Of a DNA stretch of 64,000 bases, positions 50,805 through 63,332 are shown piece by piece. The notes under the pieces were generated by a model. The model was not told where the DNA came from. It saw only the letters and a program-made list of their open reading frames with translations, and made no database searches. The position numbers were made by a program, and so were the translations under genes. Numbering within the stretch: the stretch's first letter is position 1; each line of letters begins with the position of its first letter. This DNA comes from Tubulanus polymorphus (taxonomy: Eukaryota > Animalia > Nemertea), in assembly GCF_964204645.1 (NCBI RefSeq), contig NC_134031.1, positions 10,354,001-10,418,000 of the forward strand, written 5' to 3'.

Positions 50805-51461
50805 CTTACAAAATCATGAACACAATGCGACTGTTGATAAGATGAATAGCTAATAGCAGTGTAGGCCCCCTATTGACTATTGAGTTAAAAATTTTTATCG
50901 CGGCTCAAAATTCTATTCAAGACCGTACTAAATAGAGGGTGACCGTAACACCGTACACAAAAGCCCACAGCCATATGAAAATACGGAGAAACCGTTGGCA
51001 GGTGCATATGTTACAAGATAAAAACCACTTGCGGCGAAAAGACCGCTATTTTTGCTAATTTTGAGAAATGCATAAATGCGGCTTATCAATCGATATTATC
51101 GATTTTGGTCAAAACTTTTTTGTCGGAAGATTTAAAGGACTAGGATTTGAAGGCTAAGAAAGATGGGGACTCTCTTATGTTACGGGGTAGTTCATTCCAA
51201 AGAGAGGGAGCAGAATAGCAAAATGACATGCTTCCAATAACCTTTTTTAACATCAGTTTAACTAAAATCGTGGAATCACATATATAGGCTACCGGTACCA
51301 AAGCTGCTGTTAGGCTTCGTCTGAAATCTTAATTTTCTATTCATTGAAATCCTGACTTTAAGTAGAACAGGCGGTACAATGTTGTCCTACAGGAGATTCG
51401 TTTGTCTGATGCTCTTTAACTTTTGTAGCTGTATGTTGTTACAAATGGCCAATTGTTTCTT

Positions 51462-52354
51462 TACAAGAGCCCCAAGGGGCACTATGGCCAGCCTGTCAGC
51501 TTTCCATAAAATGGCAAATGATGATGCATTCTGTGGGTTAGATTTGTCAAAATACACTCCCAGCTCAGAGTCAATACCTAATAATTTACACAATACAATC
51601 TTAGAATACAAAAGTAGCACGGACAACGACTGGATCTGGCAGAAACAAACACCTCAGATAAATCTGTTCCCTTGGTCTTATTGATTTTAATGCGGAATAG
51701 AATTGAATTTTCTGAAATTCGCTCAATAAAACAAAATATAATTGGATTTGATGTTATTATTTGTTCAATAAAGTAAAATTGAATTGGATTTGACATTTTT
51801 TGGCGGAATAAAATTTGATTGAATTTGTAGTTTGAGCACATGGCTAATTAGCATAGCAAGGTCATCTATCCGATTTACGAAAAAACTATTTTTCCCGGAC
51901 TTTGCACAATGGTCAATGATATTTTCTGTAGTGCTAATAAAAATATTCCTCCCAAAAACCAATTCAACTAAACCTTTCACAGAAATCGATCTTGAAATAC
52001 AATTTTAGATCTTAAAACAAAACCCGGAAGTAAAACGGTAGACGATACCGCGGGTTCACGTGAACACCTGCTGATTTCTGTGGCTAAGCCAATCATAGAG
52101 GAGTCTGCTTTCTGATTGGCTTTTCAAAACCAATATTTTTGCGATCAGATATTCGCGAAAAAGCTCATATTAATTGTAACGAGGCCCTCTTTCAAAATTC
52201 AGCTACGTAGAGTTTTGAGAATGGATAATGCTTTAATGAATGATTTGTATGATTATATGCTCAGTTGCACAGTAAAAGAGCCTTTGCTCTGGAAACCATG
52301 TCATTTAAATTCGTTCCATTTGTATAGTAATAGGCTCAGCCAACGGCTAGCCTA
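51462..52354 (+). mobile_element. HINE family C copy
   Basis: acaagagccccaaggggcactatggccagcct ... taggctcagccaacggctagccta. Confidence 0.8.
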
Positions 52355-54786
52355 ATAAAAGACCAATGGTCTTGTAGCTCACTTGACCATTAACTAATAG
52401 GCAGTTTAAAGACTTGTTATATCACATGTCTAAAATGGATTAGATGCTGGTCTTATTGCAAGGGCTGGTGATGGGAAGAGGAAAATCGATATACACATTG
52501 CCTTTCAAACCTTCAAAGGAGCGATCAAAATCAAACGGCAACTCTTGTTTTAATAACCATATTTATTTTCAGATAACAATCAAAAGATAGGATAGGAGCT
52601 AGGCCTAATCATATCAGAAGTTTTGTCTTAAAATATTGGTTGAAACGTGTTTTTTGAAAAATCTATAATTCCTGCTTCAATGAGTCGAGGTGGTGATTCA
52701 TTCTTGGGGTACCGGTGTCTGTAAAACATTGCGCAAGATCAATAGAAATAAAGTGAAAATTAAAAATTGCATTGAATTGAATTCATAGTGTAATACTAGA
52801 CAAGAGGATTGATATCCTGTCCGTCGGTCCCGTACTAACATCTTGCTGTTGTAGTAGACATTTTCAGGGCACTAAGGACCAATGACAATCATTATTCATA
52901 GAATATCTTACCTTCAATGAGCAGAAATACTGTGGAAATACACGTGTGAATAAACCAGGAAATGCGGTAGCGCGCGGTGTCTAGTGTACGGAGACGCATC
53001 GGGGTCATTCGCAAATATAATCAAAGAAACCGAAACTTTGATCTGTTGAAACAAAATGTCAACATTGCGACTGAAATATTATGAAATAACATTTAACCTT
53101 GATCTCGATTGATTCGAATTTAAAATAAAAATCCACCATTCGGCGAATTCTGTCCACACTGGAATTTTAAAAATGTTCCTAATAGGCTACCATATTTCTT
53201 GGATCTACCCAAGAAACGATAGTTCATAGGTTGAGCTTATTAGAGAGCTAGGCGGGAGCCAGACCCCTGCGTTTAGACCAGCCTGGAAATAAATCCAGAC
53301 GTTTTTCCAGCTAAAATTATGTGAAAATGTTGGAACAACACCCAAAACTTTATAGTACTAGCAGTCCGGGTCTATTTTGATTTCACAGAAATGCATGTAT
53401 ACAAAAAGAACAGCAATTTGCTTCGATTTTGGTATATTTTCGATTATTTCACAAAAACACGAGTTCAGAATTCTATGAAATTTTCAGATTGTAAAATAGA
53501 TACTATATTACACCTCTGATAAAAAAATCAGATCTCAGGACCATCTAGATAAAAAGTGTACCACCCGTTTTACTGAAATTTTTCGCGATAGGCAAATGCA
53601 TTGGAAGCATGACGTCATCAGCGAGTGATAGCAAAAGCGAACCATAGGTTTGCTAAAAATTACATCTTAGTGTAATTTTTGCATTATTTGTGACTTGTCT
53701 TTAGAAGGGGTATATGATAACCTAAAAATTGCCAACTTTTTTCAATTCAGCATGTTCGGCTACTGCAACCACACATATAATTTGTTTTGGCCTCATGCAT
53801 TCTTTACAATAAATATTTGCACTTACTGCTGCCTGACGAACATAGAGTGGGTGTGCCAATTGGACATTTTTCAATAAAAATAAAATACAGTCCAATGTGT
53901 AATATTCCTTCGCTATGCCATCTTTACCAGTTCTGAATTAAAGATTTAACAAGTTATTAACAAGATAATTAATTACAAATTATTTGACGTTGATAACAAA
54001 ATATGAATGCATCCAGGAAGAAAGACACTCTAAATATTTGGATGGATATATTAAAGCTGTGGGTACTGGAGTGTGTAATGGGTAGTGTAGTGCATTTGTG
54101 GCCAGCACACAGATCACATCGTTCAATGGGGTTTGGTCCAGGACTCGCGAGATTTTCAACAACACGGAAGTAACGTGTAATAAATGATGACTTGAATTGC
54201 ATGACCACCTACCACCCCTCATTATTGTTGGAAAACTAAACGTTCGGCACGGACTAAAAATTAGTAATAACATTTTAGAAATGGCCAGAATTTTAACTTA
54301 GGTTCTATCTCATTTTTATTTTACAATTGCGATTGGTATAATTTTTTTAATAATGGCCGTTAAGGCTTCATGTTTCGTCTGCAATTCACTGCAAATAGTT
54401 ACGCAACTACGCACATTTCAGTGTTTTTGGCAGCTGTACACTCAATCGGCACCGTTCGTGACTAGCTTCACTGCGGAATTATCATTAATTAACATCGCCA
54501 TATCACATCATCAACTTATATTGTGCCTTAAAACCCTAACGAAATAATTGAAATGCACACTCGATTTCGATCATTGAAAATTGAGAGAGTGGCCATGTTT
54601 GTGTTTGCTGCTTCGCGTAAATCCCGCCGGGTGGCGCAATCGCGCGGAGTGGGGCCGATACGTCTAGTCCAGCTTTGTCAATGCTATGTTATAATAAAAA
54701 ATGGTACAGGGACTTTGTGACTTTGTCTAGAAACTTGGAAGTTCCAGACAATTAGGGAAAATGAACTAAGACCCAAGGAAAGATCA

Positions 54787-55058
54787 GAGTCTTTAAAATT
54801 TCCTTCAAAAACCTCAAAAATGTGTAAAAAAATGCTGATTTTGGTGAACAACAATGGCTGCCAGTCGGCCATCTTGATTCGGACAGGGCCAGTTTTTGGG
54901 CTGAAGATGTGTCTAGGGTAGATATATGTGTTACCCAAATATCAAGACATTGAAGCGTCTCAAAAACTTCCCAAAATAACTGGATTCCGTCTACGAACGG
55001 ACGACGGACGAAAAATAAATGCAATAGCCTGCTGGGACTTAAGTCCCCAAGTGGGCTA
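54787..55058 (+). mobile_element. HINE family A 3' fragment
   Basis: 3' half with GGAC repeat and terminal palindrome. Confidence 0.8.
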
Positions 55059-55416
55059 AAAAGTCCCTAATAAAAGATAAAAAGCCAAATGCGCTCACCC
55101 GCATCGGCAAAGCATCAATCATCTTATAGTGTATGGCAGTGGTTTTTTCTGGAGACGTTTATATGCTCATCCTGTACCTACTGGTAATCCACATTGTCAT
55201 TATACAGTGACAACAACAGAGGCAGAGTTCGTTTCATCTTCCATCATTTCGAGGAAGCATGAAAATCATTGTCTCAGTTTCGATTAAATGTGACTATATA
55301 GTTTGATCTTATAGGTCTAGGGAGCTTCTAAATTCTAATTAAGTGTTTTGCATATGTTGCATTACCGGTGTTGGTTTGGCATTGGTAAAAAAAGACTTCC
55401 CTCCCTCACATAAGCC

Positions 55417-57580
55417 TCAGGTTGAGCTTTTTATTTCACCTTTTTTATTTAAACTCTTACTCTTGTCAATGAAAGGATTTCCCATGACTACTATTGTAGT
55501 TTTCAACGATGAAACGTCTCTACGAAATGCGAGCTGTAAGTGTTTTGTCTGCTCATGATGAGGAGTTTCAACCCTATCTGTCTTGGAGGTTGATTCATCC
55601 TCTCCGACAATCCGTGAAATTTCTGGTCCATTAACCAGCCAGCGACGCAGTGCTGCAGGGTTTTCTGTAAGGCCGACTGCGCCGCCATCGCTTTTCGCCA
55701 GTGCATTACTCTGTTCATGAGCTTGGTCAATAGCCATGTTGGAGATGAAGCGTTGTGTCTTTTTCACTGTGAAGTACCCAGCTCGAAACTCTTCAGACTT
55801 CAGGATGTTTCCTCTGGAGTGTTACGATATCTCTCAGATGTACAGGGATCCACTGTGCGTAGTTCGGGTGGTCGAGAACGAAGAACCAAGGCACAATCTT
55901 GCTCAGGGACTCGATGTATAGTAAGAAATCAGCTGCTCTTATGGATCGAATGAATAAGAAAACAAATAACTCTAGATCTAGGATGAGCTACCAAAATTTG
56001 AACTGTGGACTTTCTGTAGACCTAACAACTCGCCATTCATCTAATGACATTTGTTTCTGGTTCGTTCCATCTTTGAAATCTGTACAATATTGACTATATG
56101 TATCGAGCATGAACAGGTACAATGCACTAGTAGTAACCTGGTGAGCCCATCTAGTTCGGGTCACTTGTGATCCCTTCAAACATGAATCTGCATGACCAGA
56201 TGAAGCAACACCTGCTTCAACAAGAGAGCCAATCCAACCACTGCCTTCAAGCAGGTCTCCAAGAACCTTATCCGCTGCCATTTCAATATGCAAACCACCA
56301 AACATCACTACCATGGGATTGTCACAATACATGTCAGGCCAGCACCACTGAATCAGTTTGGCAAGTGTATATAATGGTTGGTCAGCGGTAAGCACATGAA
56401 CCTGGCCAGGATTCAAACAGTCAACAGCTGTTTTCACGACGGTCATCACATGACAAATCATCGCTACCGAGTGTGCCTTGTCATAGAATAGAGGTAGAAG
56501 GGATGTGACTACCGCGCTACCACAAGCTGGTTTCAACTCTCTGGCATGATATGCCGCCCATGATACATTACGACTTAGCTGATAGTAGACTTATCTTTAC
56601 TCAACATATCACAAGTGTGATCTAACCATCTGAAACATATACAATAATGTGACATAATTAATTGATATGCAAATTAGGAAAATCAATGAGCATGGATATG
56701 GGCAACAGGCTGTAAATTTTCGCTAGCCATGCTGGAGATTGTGAATAACTAAATGTGAGCGACTTTAGTGCAGCGTGGATCTTGTATGAATTACTATCGG
56801 TAACCAACTAATTAAAGAAGTAAACACATGCATGATTTTTTCATCGATACGTGTGTTTGATATTCGAGTAGGGAGGAGTTGAAACGTAATTTTGGTCAAA
56901 AATAGTTCCGAGTAGATGAAATTTACATGTATGTTTTGACATAGGAGACGGGAAAAAAACTTTAAAATATGCTAAATTTAACGGACTTTCGACTAAGTAG
57001 GATTTGAGTTGAGAGGAGTCTACGGTAGTAACTGAATGTGAATGGTTTAGAATATCGTGCATATATTGTGTGTAGTTGATAATGATAGGGTAATGTGATA
57101 CACACCGGTACTCTACTTCCAAAGGTTGAGGAATTGAGATACACTAAACATTTATTCAAACCGTCAATCGGTGGCACTTCTGAATCCTCTTTGAAACCAG
57201 ACACTGGGAGAACCCTGCCATATTCATCAGGAACATTTGAAAGTCAGGCTTTTTAATGACTGTTGCTGGCTGCTCGAAGTCAACTTGCGACCGATTGCTA
57301 TTTTCATTAAGAGGATGTTGAAACAATGATATTCCTGTACCATGGAACGAATCATGGACACTTGTGCTGTTTGGGTTATGGTCGATATTATCAACAGCAG
57401 CTGTCGTGAATAGACCGGCTCTGAGATTCAGGGGACAAACAGCAATGTCACATTCGTACCTGTCACATAGTTTATTTCCCAGCTCAGTAGAAATACTCAG
57501 AACACGATAATAAGAGATTGATAATCCCAGGTTATAAAACGTATCAACAAGCTTTCGCTTACGGGTGTTTGTGTGGAGCA
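55417..57580 (-). mobile_element. Academ-type DNA transposase fragments (degenerate)
   Basis: LGLSISYYRV, TTAAVDNIDHNP...SFHGTGISLFQHP, TADQPLY, MFGGLHIEMA, WFFVLDHPNYA, AIDQAHEQSN, GLTENPAALRRW. Confidence 0.85.
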
Positions 57581-58536
57581 ACATCTTCATCACAGCTTTT
57601 AAAACTCTCTTGTAATCTTTCTTTCTCTTCCCAGACATTAATACGAATACAAGAGGGATCTGTTTGGTGTATTCCCCAGATCTGACAAATGAATGAATGC
57701 TAAAAAGCTGGGTAAATGGCCGTCTGACGACTTTGAATGTTGCATCCATGTACCAACGTTTGGTGCCCTTCACAATATCGACCTGCTTCTGTGTTGCAAA
57801 TATGAGGTGTCTCCTGTCATCTGAAAAAAGTATATTATATATGATGAAAGCAGTAGAAAATACTCTGACTTGCTTGATTTTTTGAAAGCCGATTGTGTTT
57901 ATTTTTCAATATTAAAGTTTGTTTGTTTCAGTTATTTACTCAAATTAATGATTGAGCGAGAATGCTAATAGATCGATACTTACCGACCGAAATAACTTTT
58001 CTGAAAAACCTGTTGGCAATGAAATCAGTTCCCAACTGAAAATGCAAGTCATTCGGGTGATCAGGTCGCTGGCCTTGTTGCGCTCTGTTGCCCTGTCTCG
58101 CCAAATTATCGGGAGCTGGTACAGAATCAATGGCCATGTTTTCGTCGGTGACCTGTTCACGCATCACCTGCTCTACGATTGTCGCAGCTGAGCGAAAGAC
58201 CTTTTCTTTCGCCCGTTTTTTCACTTCTGTGCTAATCCTAGCAGCTACTGCGACACCGGCACCTAAAAGAACAAAAGTTAATTCTTCAAAGATCATTTCA
58301 ATTACAATTAGGGTCAGAAAACTGCATTCATTTGTGTTTTCCATAGCGTTTCAAAAACTTTCACTTTCTGTGTGCCGCCCTCAAAATATCAAACTGATTC
58401 GATAAATCTAATGAACTACCTGGAGGATGATTGTGCTCCGAAAGTCTTGAGTATTCCGTGGCATTCTGTATCAAAGATGCTTTGCAATTTATGAGCTTAT
58501 TTCTTACAGAGCACCTCCAATGAACTGTTGAATTAA

Positions 58537-59234
58537 GGCTGGCTTATGTCGACAAGCAACGCGACGCCTACCAATGCAACTGAGAGCAACCGCGATCGCA
58601 GCTTAGCTTATGTCGACTGCGCTCCGATTCGCAGCATCTGAGGCCGACTAGTGGGATATGAGATCCTCCCAGTTGCTTCCCTGCTTATTTCGGTTGCGAT
58701 TACTAGCAACTGCAACGGCTCAAATGGTCACGCGATAAGCATTTTGAGAATAAATTTGAATTATTAGGAAATATATTTCTATTAGAAAAGCTATTTCTTT
58801 AATAGATTTCTTTCTGATTCTGTTTTGAATACAACGTACCATAATTCTACCAATTTCGTTTCTAGATCTTCAGTCCAGTCCTTTGCCATGCTGAAGGTTT
58901 GGTTTACGTTTTGAACTATTTGAAAGTTTATGACTAATTACGAATGACGCTAACTAGCGGTAATAATTTGTACTATGTATATGCGGTCTCTCATTGGCTG
59001 GAACCCCTTGGCTCAGTTCCGTTGCGTCGCAGATAAGCTTATGTCAGCTGCGATCGAAAGCAACTGTCCGCCTACCGTAGGCCGGAGTAGAACATGGGCA
59101 ACTAGCCGGATACGGCTTGCGACGAGTCGGTAGGCGTCGGGTTGCCGTTGCAAGCCGGCTTATGTCGAACCGAAAGAGCAGCAACTGGCGGCCTCTCGTA
59201 GGCCGCTAATAATCGGCAATAACATAAGCCAGCC
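58537..59234. mobile_element. TIR MITE (Harbinger- or Kolobok-like) inside the FLYWCH exon; partial copy at 41477-41570
   Basis: TIR ggctggcttatgt / acataagccagcc; TTAA on both flanks; internal gcttatgtcg repeats. Confidence 0.85.
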
Positions 59235-59319
59235 TTAAGTTGCACGTTTTTTTGTGAATGAGAAGCCCAGTGAATCGAACAATTTGTCTTGTCCTCTCTG
59301 CGAAGAAGATGATACCTGA

Positions 59320-60941
59320 AACTAGGGGACAAGGGACACCATGTCCACTAAGGAAGTGGTTTCAAATGCTCAACAATCTTACAATTTCAATATTCAACGC
59401 TCCCCATATACAACTAACAATTAATCAAAGTGTCTTCAAAATTTCCCTAAAAAAATTCAAAAACATATAAAAAGTGCTGATTTTGGCAAACAACAATGGC
59501 TGCCAGTCGGCCATCTTGATTCTGACAGGGCCAGTTTTTGGGCTGAAGATGTGTCAAGGGTAGATACATGTTTAACCCAAATATCAAGACATTACATTGA
59601 AGCGTCTTCAAAACTTCCCAAAATAACTGGATTCGGTCTACGGACGGACTGATGTACGGACGAAAAATGAACGCAAATAAAAAACTAGGGGTCCAGGGAC
59701 ACCATGCCCACTTGGGAAGTGCTTTCAAATGCTCAACAATCTAACAATTTCAATATTCAACGCCCTCTGGTGACCATATACAAAAACCAATGACCTTGAA
59801 ACTCAATACAATCATAAAACATGTCAGCAGCTACGATTTTGTAATTGATTGTGATAACAAAAAATGCCTCGTTACTAATTTAATATGGAAATACTAAGTT
59901 AATCTACTATTCAACGCCCCCTGGTGACCATATTCAAAACCCAATAACCTTGTAACTCACCATATTCATAGAACATGTCATGAACTACAACTTTGCAATT
60001 GATCATGGTAACAAAATATGCCTAGGTACCAATATAATAAGGAAATACCAGGTTATACTACTATTCAACGCCCCCTGGTGACAATATAGAATAACTAATT
60101 TCCTTAAAACTCACCACAATCATAGATGATGTCATGAGCTACAACTTTGCAATTGATTGCGGTAACAAAATATGTATTGGTACAAATATAATATAGAAAT
60201 ACTAAGATATTGTATTATTCAACGCCCCCTGGTGGCCATATACAAAAAACAATGAACTTGAAACTCACCCCAATCATAGAACACGTTATGCGCTACAACT
60301 TTCTAATTCATTGTTGTAACAAAATATGCTTAGGTAACAATATAATGTCGAAAAACTTTTTCCCACCTACGAATGAGTACTAATGACACCAAGATGGCCA
60401 CCAATTGCGTCATAATTGGTGGATCAAAAATACCTATCTCAGGTATAAAACATCCCTTTACAAAGAATACCCAACACAAATTGCAATGAGAAATGGCAAA
60501 CCAGTAGGAAGCTACAGGACCTAGAATTCTGGCCAAAATTGACATTTTTGGGCACTAAAAAGGTCATAGGACGGCCATCTTGAGTCAGATGGACCCAATT
60601 TTTCTTATGCTGATGGGCCCTTGGTAGATTCAAATATATTCGAAAGATCAAGGTAATTGATCATATCGTCTTCAAAATTTCCCTCGTAAACTTCGAAAAT
60701 GTGTAAAAAGTGCTGATTTTGGCGAACAACAATGGCTGCCAGTCGGCCATCTTGATTCTGATAGGGCCAGTTTTTGGGCTGAAGATGTGTCTAGGGTAGA
60801 TACATGTATAAACCAAATATCAAGACATTACCTTGAAGCGTCTTCAAAACTTACCAAAATAACTGGATTCTGTCTACGGACGGACGGACGGACGAAAAGT
60901 GAACGCAATAGCCCGCTGGGACTAAAGTCCCAAGTGGGCTA
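59320..60941 (+). mobile_element. Head-to-tail HINE family A pair: internally deleted copy (59320-59682) and full copy (59683-60941), inside a MULE intron
   Basis: Two 5' termini; units at 59758, 59912, 60066, 60220; 3' palindrome at 60909-60941. Confidence 0.85.
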
Positions 60942-61836
60942 ATAAATAAAAATTGAAATACTAATCTTTTTTCAACGTTATATAGATGAAACAATTTATG
61001 AGTAATTTTGACAAAATACCTTCGTGTATGTAATTTCTTCCTCGTCTTCGACCTCTCTGGGTACAGGGTCACTGATCGAAGATTCATCAAAATCCATTGG
61101 CTCTTCAACCTCTATTGGTACAGGGTCCATGATTGAAGATTCATCGAAATCCATCGGTTCTAATATCGATGGTTCTCGGACTAGTGGAAAGGCATCATCA
61201 GTTGACAAGCAAAGGCTCGCCCTCTCTGTGCAGCTCCAGTCCCCAACGATAACTGTGTACTTTTTGGCTGGGGTATCGCTGGTAAGGTCCCCTGTAGACG
61301 ACAAGGAATGCACTTCCACGGAATGTCCTTGCCACTTTTCACTGCTTCCCTGTCTTCAGACATTGTATTTAATGATCAAAGACATCAAGAGTAAGAAATG
61401 ATCCAAACTAAACCAAAATCTAAATCCATCAGGACAAAAATGACACTTTTCGTTTGTTGCCAGTCATAGAATTACGTGGAAATACCAAGAACACAAAATA
61501 ATGACGGCCGAGTGATCAATTACACAAATCGTGAATCCATACGGCCGAAAATAATACTGTTCTTCCTTATGGCAAGTGATTTATTGTTACAGATAAAGAA
61601 AATACATTAGAGAGCAAATAAATAAGAAGGATGGGAACGTTAACGATCTTTTTGTTCCTTGAATAGGAGTACCAGTATCAGTACCAATAAACTTTTTAAA
61701 ATGTTCCATCCCACCATGAGGTTTAACAAAAAGTTTAGACGAGAAGATACACAATACCCGTGTATGATGATAACGAGAGAAATCCCACAATAATGAAGCC
61801 CAGATTGAAAAATTCCATATCAGAATGATTATATTT

Positions 61837-61880
61837 GAGGAGCGACGTTTCGGCTAACAACTGTTAGCCATCATCAGGCG
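61837..61880 (-). ncRNA. Minimal hammerhead ribozyme motif with canonical core (Penelope-type)
   Basis: gc-CUGAUGA-U-GGCUAAC(aguu)GUUAGCC-GAAA-CGUC-gcuccuc. Confidence 0.7.
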
Positions 61881-62565
61881 TACTGAACGGTACCTAGGCT
61901 ATAAAAACAGTTCAGATGCGCTCCTCCGATAAAATAATTCCTCTAGTAATTATAACATGAACGCATTTATAGATTACACATCCATGATTATATAATTGAC
62001 TTAGTTGTCAGTACCACTCGGAGTAAGTGCTGACTAATTTTCTAAATTCCATTAGTTCAACTGTGTTTCTAGATTGAAGAAACAATGTGAATTAGTTCAA
62101 GCGAACTGAAATCAGTCTTGACTAATTAAATAATTTCTTGATTTAAGAAACAATGCAAATTAGTTCTCCAAGTGAACTGAAATCAATCACAACAACTAAC
62201 AAACTAACAATTTCCTTTGGCGTTACAATAATGATTAAGTTTATTTTCAAAAGAAATTTACAAAATACAAAAATATCACGTTAAGATTTTATGACGATAA
62301 AATTTTGTCCGTATTAAACCATCCTCCCCGGCAGGGATTCGAAATCGAGATTAGCGATATGTATTCTGTATTTAAACTGCGCGGGAAATGGGCCGAGTTG
62401 GTTGGGACAAAAAGGACTAGTTGGCAGTGGGCCGACTTGACCGTACTCCATTTTGAATGTATTCACAGTTCATATTAGCGCCATTCTCGCGAGATTATCA
62501 ACAACCCGGAAATAAAATCCAAGCCCATCGCCAAACCCCTACGTACATTACCTACAACTCTGATG

Positions 62566-63042
62566 CACAGGGACTTGACACAAAAGGATTTTGACCCCAG
62601 TATCCTAGGTACTATAGGCCTATATAAAAAGACAAGGGAGCCAACTCTCCGTCAGATCGGTCGATAGGTATGTCACCTCAACAGTTCGTAACTTTGTTAT
62701 TAATAATCCAATTCGCTTCAAGTAAGATAACAAATTTCTGCCTAGACCGATTTTTTTGGATTAATCGCACGATTTAACAATCTCAAAGCACTCAAATCCT
62801 TCTCAAACCAACCAGTCTAACGCAGAAATTTGTTATCTTTAAGAATAATCTTACTTGAAGCGCTAATTTGTTATCTTTAAGAATAATCTTACTTGAAGCG
62901 GATTGGATTATCAATAACGAAGTTACGAACTGTTAGATTGACATACCTATCAACCGATCTGACGGAGAGTTGGCTCCCTTGTCTTTTTATATATAGTACC
63001 TAGGATACTGGGGTCAAAATCCTTTTGTGTAAAGTCCCTGTG
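62566..63042. mobile_element. Foldback MITE with 8-bp TSD (P-element- or hAT-like)
   Basis: ~165-bp TIRs starting cacagggactt; exact TSD CTCTGATG at 62558-65 and 63043-50; internal 39-bp tandem duplication. Confidence 0.9.
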
Positions 63043-63249
63043 CTCTGATGCGAGCCCCTGGGCTATGCATCAATCCTGCATCAAATCGCTGTGGCTACTC
63101 GTACGGACCCGTACGGATTACTATGGAGGCTATTCGTACGGAACTAGGATCTGTACGCTAATAACTGTCGCTGATTGGCTGAATAACGCCGCGCATGCGT
63201 ACAGAGTTGCGCGAATTCAAGGAAAGTGTGGAGAATAGAGTTAGAGAAA

Positions 63250-63332
63250 AATAGAGCGGATCGAGCGAGACTCAACCCCGGGACAGTAAATTACTAGCGC
63301 AGCATCATACCACTAGACCACCGAGCTCGCTG
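63250..63332 (-). other. tRNA-like Pol III head (SINE/pseudo-tRNA) inside a CGTACG-rich repeat
   Basis: Minus: TGGTCTAGTGG (A box) ... GGTTGAGTCTC (degenerate B box). Confidence 0.45.

Larger units (their letters stand above)
57581..61363 (-). mobile_element. Spliced MULE/Mutator (FLYWCH-type) transposase gene fragment: exons ~61363-61020, 59315-58420 (MITE-interrupted), 58262-57984, 57820-~57581
   Basis: WKCIPCR (PHD end); SQRGQDKLFDSLGFSF...WRCSVRN...C...HNHPP (FLYWCH); WYMDATFKVV..PFTQLFSIH...QIPLVFVLM (MULE); phases compatible at GT-AG sites. Confidence 0.88.
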
